The position numbers and the translations under genes were made by a program. 64,000 nucleotides of DNA from the human T2T-CHM13v2.0 reference genome, Homo sapiens. Where the stretch lies: the NCBI RefSeq assembly GCF_009914755.1, contig NC_060930.1. One strand, given 5' to 3'. The notes under the pieces are model-generated. The model was not told the DNA's origin and searched no databases. It saw only the letters and a program-made list of their open reading frames with translations. The first letter of the stretch is position 1; every line of letters begins with the position of its first letter. This document shows, piece after piece, positions 41,499-54,509 of the stretch.

Positions 41499-41859
41499 AG
41501 GCCAGGCTGGTCCCTGGTATTCCTCAGAGCCTTCCAGGCTGCTGGGCACCTCCCCTGCCCATGGGTGAGTTTGCCACCCCACCCCAACACCCACTCTGTG
41601 CTCCCCTCTCCTTCCAGCATGCACCAGGGGAAAGATCATGGAGCTCAGAAAACCTAGTTCATATCCCAACCTTGCTTCTCAGTAGTTGTGTGGACTTGGG
41701 CAAGCTGCCGAGCCTCTCAGAGCCTGTTTCCCACTCTAAAATGTGGTCTCTAAAAGTCATAGACCTAGAAGCCAAACTGACCTCGTGATGTATTAGTGAG
41801 GACCCAAGGACAAAATGTCTGGGAGGCCAAAAGCATCTCTCAGACAGTCTCTACAGGAC

Positions 41860-42560
41860 TCTTCCAGGTCCCGGAAGCCCGAGCGAGCTTCCTGGAGGAG
41901 GTGGCTGGGGAGAGTGGAGGAGCCGGTAGGGGTCGCTGTGCTTGCGCGCGCCCGTCCAGGAACTCGCCGGGGCTGTGGGGAGGGGGCGCCGGCCTGGAGA
42001 GGACAATGTACAGTCTGTTCTAACACCCACCCACTCCAAACGCACACTTCCCACCCCGTCTCTTGTCCCTCCCAGCCCCGGGGCTAGACCCTGAGGGCTC
42101 GGGCCGCACCTCACGCGTCTCTCCACCCCCAAGGCCCCTCCTGACCCACCCCAGGGCGGGCTGGTCTCCCCTTGGGGGGCCGGGGGCCAAGAATGGGCGC
42201 GTCAACTGGGGCAAATTAACACGTAGGAAAACACCCCAGCACCTGGAGAAACAGGAGCTGGGGCTGGGGGAGGGCGGCCAGAGCCTTCGAAGTCAGAACC
42301 CGAAAGGAGCGATAATTCACCCTAGTGTCCCGCGGCCTCCCGCCTGCCCCCTACCCCCGCCTCGCAGCCTCTGGTTTCAAAGGCGGACAAACAGCGCACT
42401 GTGCTTGGCCGCGGCTCCCTCGCTAAATCTTCCTGTCTTCAAGTTCTTGTAACTTGAGCCGGCAGAGCTGACCCTCCCTCGGAGGCCTGAAGGGTACGAG
42501 AAGGGGAGGGGTGGGGGGGGGAGGGGAAGCGGGAGGGTGGGGGTAAAAGCAGGAGGGAGG
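41860..42560. promoter_or_regulatory. CpG island with downstream G4-forming G-runs
   Basis: CpG-dense; ggggaggggtgggggggggagggg...gggagggtggggg at about 42503-42544. Confidence 0.75.
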
Positions 42561-43419
42561 TGCGGGGAGAGGGTTCTGACCATCCCGTTGGGACCTCAGC
42601 CCTCACCCATTCCTCCTGATCTGGGCAGCCTCCGGGCCCCAACTCCAGCCAGCCGACCCCTTTCCTCCACTTTCGGGGGTCTCTCTGGGACAGATGTGGC
42701 TTTAGAGGAAGCCTTTGCAAAGTGGCAGCTTTGGGGCGGGTTTGGGATTCTGGAAGCTTCTGAGCATAGTGTGAGTGTGTGCGAGGGGATGGGGGAAGGC
42801 CCAGCATGTGGAAAAGTCATTTTCATGCTTGAGTTGGGAGCAGACAGAGATCAGGGGAGACGAGGGAGTCCTCGCTTTCGGAGGGGGTGTAAAGTAAACT
42901 AACCAGGGAGGAGCCTCCCACAGCCACTCTGGTCTGAGACAGCGCCTGCCCAGAATCCCTCTCCACAGCTCTTCTAACAACTGAGGATCCCTGGGGCCAG
43001 CGTGAGTGGGAGTGGAGGAAGGAGTCCAGGAAATCCCTGGAGATCCGCAGCCTGGGATGGCCCCTGTTGAGATTTTCAATGGGGGAGCCCTCCTCCCTCC
43101 CTGGGCTGCTTCCAGGCCTAGGATGGAAGCAGAATCTCAAAGCACATGGGAGCTCAAGGCTTCCAGGGAGGGCAGAGGACATTTAATTAAGAAGGAGCCA
43201 ACTGCACAGGGGAAGAGGTCAAGATTTTATTGGTGGGGGCACGGGCAACGGCAGAGGTGAAGGGCAGGGCTAGAGCTGGTTGAATCCGGGGTAAGAGAGT
43301 GAGTGAGATTTGAGGGTAAAGAAAGAGTCATGGGAGGTGGGGTTAGGGTGGATGTGGAGTTGGAGTTAGGATTCAAGGTAGGGAAATGTGTTGGTACAAG
43401 GCATAATGGTAAGTCCGGA

Positions 43420-43900
43420 GTTCATTCTGTTAGCAATCAACAAATATTAATCGAGGACCTCCCATATACCAGGCTCTGTTCTACTTGCTGGAAATAACAT
43501 ATAACAGTGAGTACAACACAAAACTCTGCCCCCTCAGAGGTGACATGCCAGTGGTGGAAGCAGATAATAAAGTAAATGGGAGAATAAATTGTATGTCAAT
43601 GCTATAGAGACAAAGCTGGGAAGGGGGTTAGGGAGTAATAGGGCACGCATTGCAATTTTAAACATGGGCTCACTGAGAAGGTGACATCTGAGTCAAAACC
43701 TCAAGGGGTTAGGGAAGCCAGCCGAGTAAATATCTTGGTGAAGAGCATTCTAAGCAGAGGGAACAGCAAATGCAAAATCCCTGGCGTGTGTAAGTACGCC
43801 CAGCTCGTTCAAGGAACAGCTAAAAGATTAGTGTAGCTGGGAAGAAGGTGAGGAGAGTAGGGAGGAGAGAAGAGGCCAGAGTGGTGATGGGCTGAGAGCA
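43420..43900 (-). mobile_element. L2 fragment
   Basis: caacaaatattaatcgagg...ctcactgagaaggtgacatctgag...gagggaacagcaaatgcaaaatccctg. Confidence 0.85.
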
Positions 43901-44339
43901 GGGTTGGATTAGAATCAGAGCAGAGGTCTGCACTAGCTCTGTCTCCCGTCTCTGAGTGTTGGGGAAACTGAAGGCATGTAGGCAGAGGCCTGCGTGGAGG
44001 ACTTGGATAGAGGTGGGAGATCAGGGTGGAGACAACTGAAAACAGGTCCACCTGGAGAACTCCTGGCAAGGAGGTGCCCTCGAGGCCTCCTATTGGGCCA
44101 GGGCACCTGACCTCAAGACTTTTCCCTGTCTCATCAATGTCTCCCCCTCCAAAGCATGAGACACCACTTCACTTGGAGCTCATCTTCAAAACTTTGTCAC
44201 CCATCCCCCCCAATTTGTTTGCTAGTAAAAAGATTGGGGGGGTGGGCTGTCTCTTTTCCTCTCCATCGCCTCCTCCCAATCATCGCCAGTGTTCTCCTTC
44301 CCTTCTCTCTCCTGCCCGCTCCCTCTCCCTTTCTCTCCC

Positions 44340-44520
44340 TGAGAGCTGATGCAGTTAATTGGAGCGTCTTGAAAGTGCACATTAACACACAGAGAGCCAA
44401 GGAGACGTCTTGGCAGCGAAATATCATTATCACTTCTTGAGCTCCAGCCAAAATCCCCTCGCGGTCAAAACACAATTCTTTAAACTAAACAATTAAAGAT
44501 TTGTGCAAGTGTGGCTGCCA
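44340..44520. promoter_or_regulatory. Candidate conserved enhancer
   Basis: TAATTG 44356, cattaa, gccaa...ttggc 44396-44414, TAAACAATTA 44486. Confidence 0.6.
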
Positions 44521-45149
44521 TGAGGTATCAGGCTGGGAGCGGCTGCCCCTGCCAGTGTCAGCAGAAGTTAGCAACCTGCTCCATGCTCCGAGCCAGGTGA
44601 TGGGCCCAGAAGGAGGAAAAACAGCAGGTCCACAGCGGCGGCCTGGAGACCAGAACAGTCTGCCCCTGTCTCCAAACCAGGACAGCCACGGGTTTGAGAT
44701 CCTGGGGGGAAAAAACATGGCAGGCCCATCCAAGCTCACCCAACCTCCTCAACCCCCATGGAGAGCTGGGGTTCAACATCGATCTTATAGTCACTCTGGA
44801 CTTAGTCAGTATGGGACCCAGTCCCTTGCAGAAGCCCATGGATTTGGAAATGGCAGACCCAACCCTTTTCATTCCCTGCTCCTACCAGCATATTTTCAGA
44901 AACCCCATGCCTGGAATAAGAATCATGGGGTGCCACTGCACCCCAAGCTCATGCCTGCCTTCTCCAGCTCAGAGCTCTGACGCAGTTGCACACGCTTAGG
45001 CGCAGGGCCATGCACACCACGTGGCCTGAGTTTGGAGCAGAGAGGTGCTGGGGCTACCACTCCAGCCCTGCCCTGTACTGGAGTTTCCACCCGCACAGAC
45101 CTCAGTGAGGACCCCACCCACGTATGGTCATGGGGCAAATCCTACTGAT

Positions 45150-45229
45150 GCACTGCCAAGTTAATGTGGTGACCCTGAGCAAGTCCCTGGCACTGCCAAG
45201 TTAATGTGGTGACCCTGAGCAAGTCCCTG
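45150..45229. repeat. Perfect 40-bp tandem duplication in a MIR fragment
   Basis: gcactgccaagttaatgtggtgaccctgagcaagtccctg x2. Confidence 0.97.
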
Positions 45230-45274
45230 ACTCTCTCAATTTCGGTTCTCATGTCCATACCATACAATTTGGGC

Positions 45275-45447
45275 TTTTTTTTTTTCTTTTTTCGTCTTGA
45301 GACAGGATCTCACTATGTTGCCCAGTCTGGTCTTGAACTCCTGGGCTCAAGCAAGCCTCTCACCTCAGCATCCAGAGTAGCTGGGGCTACTCTGAACTAG
45401 CCCCCGTAGTGGGCATGCACTATAGGTTCATGCCACCACACCTGGCT
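45275..45447 (-). mobile_element. Alu monomer (FLAM/FRAM-like) with 33-bp fold-back insertion
   Basis: gagacaggatctcactatgttgcccag...gagtagctggg[insert]actatagg...gccaccacacctggc. Confidence 0.85.
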
Positions 45448-45481
45448 TGATTTTGAAGATTCCTTTCCATTCAAAAGTGTT

Positions 45482-45810
<329 letters not shown>

Positions 45811-46049
45811 GTCATGGACCTGTGATTGTACGTACCAAGTTCAAGGGCTGTGGATGTATTTTGGGCAACGGGCTCAGAAAGCCTTCTCCTTTCACACCTG
45901 GAAAAATTCCCTTAGGCTGTGCATTTCAGCAAACCAATTCAATCAAAGACACCCACTATGCCCTGATGAGGGAAGTTGGGGATACCAGGGAAGGGTCCCT
46001 CTGTCTCCAGCTGTTTTGGAGTGTCTCTCTTGGAGCAGCCAAGGAAACT

Positions 46050-46300
46050 TGAGTCTGGTGGAGCAAAGACTCTGGAGCCAGACAGCGTGGGTTCAATCTC
46101 AGCTCCCACTCACTAGCTGTGTGACTTTTGGCAAGATGCTTACCTCTCTGTGCCTCAGACGTCCCATCTGTAAAGTGGGGCTAACAATAGTACCCACCTC
46201 ATGAGGTTGATATGAAGATTAAATGAATTAAAATATGGAAACCAGAACAGTGCCCAGCCCATAGTAGGCTCTCAATGAATAGTCGCTATTATTATTTATC
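46050..46300 (+). mobile_element. MIR (near full length)
   Basis: gactctggagccagac...ctagctgtgtgac...ctctctgtgcctcag...catctgtaaagtgggg. Confidence 0.9.
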
Positions 46301-46317
46301 TGGCTTTTCTAGTGGGT

Positions 46318-47175
<858 letters not shown>

Positions 47176-47239
47176 CAATGGGCATTAGAGTCAGGGCAAG
47201 TCAGAGTTGGGAGGGGCTTTAGTGATCCTACTTTGAATC

Positions 47240-48145
<906 letters not shown>

Positions 48146-48339
48146 AACCTCTCTACCCCAGGGAAGGGAACTGAGCCCTAGAGATGGGGCAGGGACTTGT
48201 CCAGTATCACATGGCAACCTAGTCTGACCTGGATCCAGGGTGCTGTCTTCCCAAATGCCCCATGCACACCTGTATCCCTCAGAGGGCTCCTTCTTTCCAT
48301 TCCCACTGAGCAGCAGTGGCTCCACCTCTCTGTCACTCA

Positions 48340-48520
48340 GGCAGGCCAATAGCCCTCAGCTCTTCCAGTTGTTTCTGTCAAATAGAATTTACAATAAACT
48401 TTGTTTGAACTTTTGTCTAAGTGATAATTATACAGAGTATAACATACAGCCAGCTGTATTTAATTAAAGCTGTAATTTCACTAAGGGTTTCTGGAAACAG
48501 AATAAACCGCAAGAGTTGTA
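48340..48520. promoter_or_regulatory. Candidate conserved enhancer
   Basis: TGTCA 48376, ACAATAAA 48391, CTTTGT 48399, TAATTA 48425, TTTAATTAAA 48459. Confidence 0.6.
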
Positions 48521-49074
48521 CCACCCATAACCCTGTGTGGGGGCTGCACCCACACGGGAGCAGGGTGGCTGAAACAGAGGCCCCAGAAGCCAGAGGTCGC
48601 CAACAGGGTCTTGCTGCTAGAATCTGGGGCACTCCTATCTTGGGGCCATGCAGAGAGGGCGGGGCTGGGTTGGCCTCAGGCCAAAGACTCAGTCTGGAAC
48701 CTCTCAGAACACGTGCATGGGTTTCTTCTGAACTTTGTTGGCTCACAAGAAAGCAGATTCTTTCAAGACACTGGAATATAGGGCTAAGGAGCTGAGAAGA
48801 TGCCAAACAGGAGCAAAGAAGATGGCTGAGAAGGGGCCCTCTAGATGACAGGCCCAGGGTATGGGACAAGGGAAAGGAATGAGTGCCAGCCGAGTGGAGG
48901 GCAGGCCAGGCATGGACCCAGTCAACAAAATTATGCTTAGTGCTTATCACACACCTGGCACTGTGCCAGGCACAGAGGTTAAGGACACATGGGACTTTGC
49001 CCTGCTGAGTTTGGTTGAGCAAGGAGACAGCCTTATGTACTAACCGCAACAGGCATTCTCTAAGAGAGGATCGG

Positions 49075-49325
49075 ATAGCCTAGTGGCTAAGAGTGCTTCT
49101 CCTGGGACCCAAGCACTCAGGTTTAAATCCTGCCTCTCCCCTTCTCAGCTAGGTGTGCTGTCTTACTTCTTTCTATCTATCTCCCTTTTATCATCTGTAA
49201 AATGGGTCAACAGTGTCCACCTCAAAGTGTTATTGAGATAATTAAATGAATGAATCTGTGTTAAGGGCTTAGAACAGCAGTGCTTAACATGTAGAGAGGG
49301 TCAGCAAATGTTAGGCATTATCATT
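49075..49325 (+). mobile_element. MIR
   Basis: gcctagtggctaagagtgc...tcatctgtaaaatggg. Confidence 0.8.
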
Positions 49326-49375
49326 GAATATTTCTGGGAGCCCATGAAGAGGAGTCATCCTTTTGACCTGGAAAT

Positions 49376-49472
49376 CGGGCGGTCAACCATCCTAGCTTCC
49401 GGTGCTGAGCTTCAGACTTGCAATACTGAAACCAGGGCAGTCACAGGAAAACCAGGACAGTTGTTCACCCTG
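49376..49472. mobile_element. MER94-like hAT-Blackjack MITE
   Basis: caaccatcctagctt...aaaaccaggacagttgttcaccct. Confidence 0.55.
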
Positions 49473-51606
49473 CCTGGAAGTTAGAACTGGGTCTCAAAGA
49501 GAAGGGATGTCCAAGCTAGGCACACACTAAGGAGGATGGGGACTTAGCTCTGCAGAAGGGGAATAACACACGGGAAAGTACGGAAAAAGGGATTCAGGCC
49601 CAGATCAGCCGTGAACTCCCTGAGTGATCCTGGGCTAGTCACGCTCCTTCTCTGAGACTCAGTTGTCCCATCTGTCATTTTATCGGAGACTGATTGCTCT
49701 CTGAGGATCCTTGCAGGTCCGCAACCAAAGGGGAATAGAGCCGCAGGAAGGGCCTGGTGGGAGGGCCCAGGGATCGCCCCACCTGTCCGCAGCATGCGCA
49801 CATGCACACGGCAGCGCGCGCACACACACACACACACACACACATGCACTCACACAAAATGGTAGGCAAGGGAGAGGGGTCAGCCACACAGGATAAAGGA
49901 GACACTTGCCCACGTATAAAATCCCCTCTTTGGGGCCTACACAGGGCTAGATCATTAGGATTAACCAGAGAGAGCTGGGTTTAATTGTCAAAAGAGGCTT
50001 GCTGCTGGGGTGGGGGCCGAGCAAGATCTCTGAAGAGATGCAGAAATATTCCTGGGTAATAAAACATCCCCTTTTCAGTGTCGAAGTTAATGTTCCAAGC
50101 CTCGGGTAAAATGTGGCTTCTTATCAGCCAGTGCTTTCCCTAGAGAGGGCCGGGCAGCAGGCAGGGAAGCAGGGGAGCAGCTTGGGCTCCCCTCGCCCTT
50201 AGAGAGTGTGAGTGTGGGTGGCTTGGTGGTCAGAAGGCTAAGGCTCTTTCGAGAGGCTGAGCTCCCCTTGAGACCCCACCCCCACGCCATCTCCTGGACA
50301 GCCCAAGTGTGGGGCATACCACCTGCGTGTCAAGCTGTCTTTGAATCTGTTTCCCTCCCTCCTGCCTTTTCCACAGATGCTTATTCGTTCTGCCCTCTCC
50401 CCTCTCTCCATCGCTGTCTTCTTTCTCCTCCCTTTTCTCCCAGAGTGTTCTTTACACCTGTCTGCCCTGTCCCTTCTGCATGTGGCTGTATCGGTACCTG
50501 TGTTTGTGTCCGTCTGTCCTGCTGGGGCTCTGCCCCTGGAGCGGGGACAAGAGGCAGGAGGCCTCACATACTGTCTGGGAGCAACACTTACGCCCGCCCA
50601 CTCATGCACCCCCGGGTGACTCTCCACAAGCAGGCGTGGGTAGGCAGAGGGCGGCTCGCTCAGGCCCTGGGATGCTGCCTGCACCCCTGCTTCGGCACCG
50701 GGCCCCAAACCCGCAGGCGTGTGCTGGCGGCACAACACAGTGACTCTGACAGGCCGCTGGTTTAAATATAGAGTTGCGTATGCAAGCTGGGGCTAATTTT
50801 AGCAGGAATGTGCTGGAAACTTTCTGAGGGCTCTGTTCTCTAGCTGTCTCCCTTGTGCTCATCGCTTGCGGCGGGAAGTAAACCTGCTGGTCCCCGCCGT
50901 TCCTCACCTTCCCACTTCTCCCTGCCAGTCACCCAGATGCTGGCCCTAGCCTTGTCTTCACAGGAGCCAAGCCCATGACTGAGGTTTTAAGTCCCCCCGC
51001 TCTCCTCTCTCCTGCCTTCCAGACCCACCCCTACCTACCCCAGTCTCTTCCACAAAGCCAAGGCCAGCCAGCCCTGGGGAAAAGGATCAGTCAAGCAGAT
51101 ACTTCCTTCATCCGGTATCACCTCAGTGACACGTCCTGTCAGAGGACACACTTGCCTGCCTCACATATTGACATGATCCACCATTCACTGAGCAGCCCCT
51201 AGGATGGGGACTTAGCTCCGCAGAGGGAGGTAATACATGGAAAAGTATGGAACCAGGGCAGCAACCCTGTGGTAGGTCTGAGTCATGTCCCCACTAGACA
51301 GACCAGGCCACTGAGGCCCAGGAGAGTTCAAGGACTTGCCTCAGGTCATTTCACACCACACCACAGATCACCAAATACATTATGGAGTACATTTGTCTTT
51401 TAAATGAGAGCCCTGGGAGGAAGAGGTCATCATTAGCACAAAGGAAAGATTCTATAATGGTGGAACTCCAAGGACTATGATTCCAGATGAGCTCAGCTGC
51501 TTGAGGGAGGGATGGGGAAGCTCCTGTCTCTCTCTCACCCTTCCTGGGTCCCACTGCACCACCTGTGGGCCTCAGGCAATAGGCCACACTTCTGCACTAT
51601 CAAACT

Positions 51607-51909
51607 CTTTTTTCTTTTCTTTTTTTTTTTTGAGACAGAGTTTTACTCTTGTTGCCCAGGCTGGAGTGCAATGGTGCAGTCTGGCTCACTGAAACCTCCG
51701 TCTCCCGGGTTCAAGCGATTCTCCTGCCTCAGCCTCCTAAATAGCTGGGATTACAGGTGCCCACCACACCCGCTAACTTTTGCATTTTTAGTAGAGTGGG
51801 GGGTTCACCATGTTGGCCAGGCTGGTCTCAAACTCCTGACCTCAGGCGATCTGCCTGCCTTGGCCTCCCAAAGTGCTGAGATTACAGGCGTGAGCCACTG
51901 CGCCCAACC
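51607..51909 (-). mobile_element. Alu (AluSq/Sp-like)
   Basis: Antisense dimer; caaactct on both flanks. Confidence 0.95.
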
Positions 51910-52924
51910 TTGAACTACCAAACTCTGCATTTATTTATCCTACTTATCCATTTGAGTAGCATTTATGGAGCACCTACTGTGTGCCCAGCACTCTTGCAGG
52001 TGTCCAGTTACAAAGAATGAGGCAAAGGGCAGGGCTTGGCTCTGAGGGCCTCCTGGGTTAGTTGGTGACAGGCACAAGCCTGGAGTAAACAATTAGCTGA
52101 ATTCTCATTGGTAAGGATGAAAACAGGAGCTGGGGGAAGAGAGGAAAGAAAAAGTTGACACCCGGAAAGGGCTCCCCCCACCACCCACCACCCGCCACAA
52201 GAAACTCCAGAAGGCATCAACTCTTCCTCCCCAGGCTTCTCTGACTGTTCTCTCCAGCAGCTCCAGAAAAATGTCCTGTCTCTCCGCGGGGCTATGGAAC
52301 TGCGCTGCGTGGTGGTTGTGTTTGAGTGCGAGGACATTTCCCTGTAATGAGGATGAGAATAGTTAACGAGGAGGGTGACACACTGTAGTTAGAGAGCAAC
52401 AGATCTCTGGGGGGTGCCTGCCCGCCCCGCTGCAGGGACGCCAGCTCCTGGGGACCCTGACAGAAGCTGCAGGAGCCAGTCCAGCAGGCACCAGGCAAAT
52501 GTCCAACTCTGGCTGCTGTCCCCAGCCCATCCCACTCAGAGGAGAGTGGCTTAGACTGGGGCCTGCGGGCCTTCAGCTCACATCTTGGCCTTGGGTTGTC
52601 GGAAAAGGGGACCCTAGGAAGGCGTGAAGGATGCATTTTAAATTACAGCCTCCCGACAATACCTTTTCCTCCTTCACTTTTCTCCATAGCACTAAATTCC
52701 CTGTACAATATAATTTGCTTATTCATTTTTCTTACATCTGTCCCCCTGACGAAAATGAAATCTTCATGTTTCGTCTCCGGCCATTCCTCCAACAGCGCCT
52801 AGCCCAGAGTAGGTGTTCAAGAAAGATTGGCGCATGAACAAATACGTTTGAGCTTTGCTGTGCTGTGTGGACTCTTGGGACCCATCGGGCTAGAGATGGG
52901 TTCTTACGTGGCTGAAGTCTGCAT

Positions 52925-53757
52925 CTGTGCGTATGTGTGGTGGGCGGGGAATGTCTGTGAGGTGTGTGTGTGTGTCTGTGTGTGAAATGTGTGTGTGTGA
53001 GGTGCGTGTGTATGTGAAGGGTATGTGTGAGTTGTACGACATGTCTGTGAGGTCTGTGTGTGAGGTGTGTGTGTGTGAAGTGTGTGAGGTGTGTACATGT
53101 CTGTGATGGGTATGTGCATAAGATGTGTGTGTCTGTGATGTGTGTCTGTGAGACGTGTGTGTGAGGTGTGTGTGTGAAATGTGTATGTGTGAGGTATGTG
53201 TGTATCCATGAGGTGTGTGTCTGTGAGCCGTGTGTGTGAGGTATGTGTGAGGTGTGTGTCTATAAAGTATGTGTGTCTGTGAGGTATGCGTGTCTGTGAA
53301 CTGTGTGTGCATCTGAGAGCTGTGTGTCCATGAGGTACGTGTATCCATGAGGTGTGTGTCTATGAGCTGTGTGCGTGAGGTGTGTGTCTATAAAGTGTGT
53401 GTGTGTGTATTCATGAGGTGTATGTCTGTGAGCTGTGTGTGAGAGTTGTGCGTCTATAAAGTCTGTGTGTGTGTATCCATGAGGTGTGTGTCTGTGAGCT
53501 GTGTGTGTGAGGTGTGTGTCTATAAAGTATGTGTGTGTGTGAGATATGCCTGTGTGTGCATCTGTGAGCTGTGTGTCTATGAGGTACGTGTACCCATGAG
53601 GTGTGTGTCTGTGAGCCGTGTGTGTGTCTGTGAGCTGTGTGTATAAGGTGTGTGTCTATAAGGTATGTGTGTCTGTGAGGTGTGTGTATTTCTGTGAAGT
53701 GTGCAAGCATCTATATCTGTGAGTTGTATGTATGCAAGTGTGTACGTGTGTGTGTGC
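52925..53757. repeat. TG-rich complex tandem repeat
   Basis: Recurrent tgaggtgtgtgtct / atccatgagg / ctataaagt modules. Confidence 0.92.
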
Positions 53758-54509
53758 TTTCAATCTGGTCGCTGACTCCCTTCACACACTCAGCTGCTGA
53801 GTCTCGGGGTTGAGCACACTGGGTGAGTTGGAGTGGGGTGCCGGTGTGCATCTGCCTGCTTGGGCAGGAGTGCCCTGCTTCCAGCTTGAAGATCTCCCAC
53901 TGATGTCCTCACCCACACCAGGTCTCTGGGACAGACTCCTCCGCCAGGGCCATGCCCACATCAAATCATGCCCATCTTGGTGCCTGGGTCACTGCTTTCC
54001 GCAGGAATGGGCAGCACCCTGGTGTGGCATTCCTAACTGGGTTTCCATGCACTCCCAGTGGAAAAACCAAGGCTTGTGGAAAATACTGAGAATGGCCATA
54101 CTTCGGGTGGTGCCTGCTATGTATCAGAATCGTTCCAAGGGCTTCACAATTCTGACAACTCTGTGGGGCGGGTATCATTGGTACAGATGAGGACACAGCG
54201 GCACTGAGGGAAGGAGTAACTTGTCCAAAGTCACACAACTAGTTAGTAAGACATGGACACGGGCACCAGGTTCCCGAAGTCACCTGCAACTCACTCCTTA
54301 TGCCTCAAGTCCTCCTTTCCCCGCTGCCTGAGGACTTCACCTAGATGAGACAGTGGGGTGGGGCCCCCTTCTTCACCCCAGAACCACCGCCTTCTTTTGC
54401 AAGAGAAGGAATGGCAAGAGCATGAAGAAGCTGTCTGCTGAGAGGCTTGCAAGCAGGTTCATTATCCCAGCCTTACAGAGAGCTGTCCCTCCCCTCATGT
54501 CAACTCCGC

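Noticed and set aside
45150-45229. CRISPR-like repeat
   Set aside because: Two adjacent copies with no spacer, in eukaryotic MIR sequence.
48417-49049. 210-aa minus-strand ORF
   Set aside because: Non-ATG start, crosses an L2-like fragment and a TAAT island, no recognisable homology.
52890-53710. His/Thr-rich and Cys/Val-rich ORFs
   Set aside because: Translations of the TG-rich repeat.
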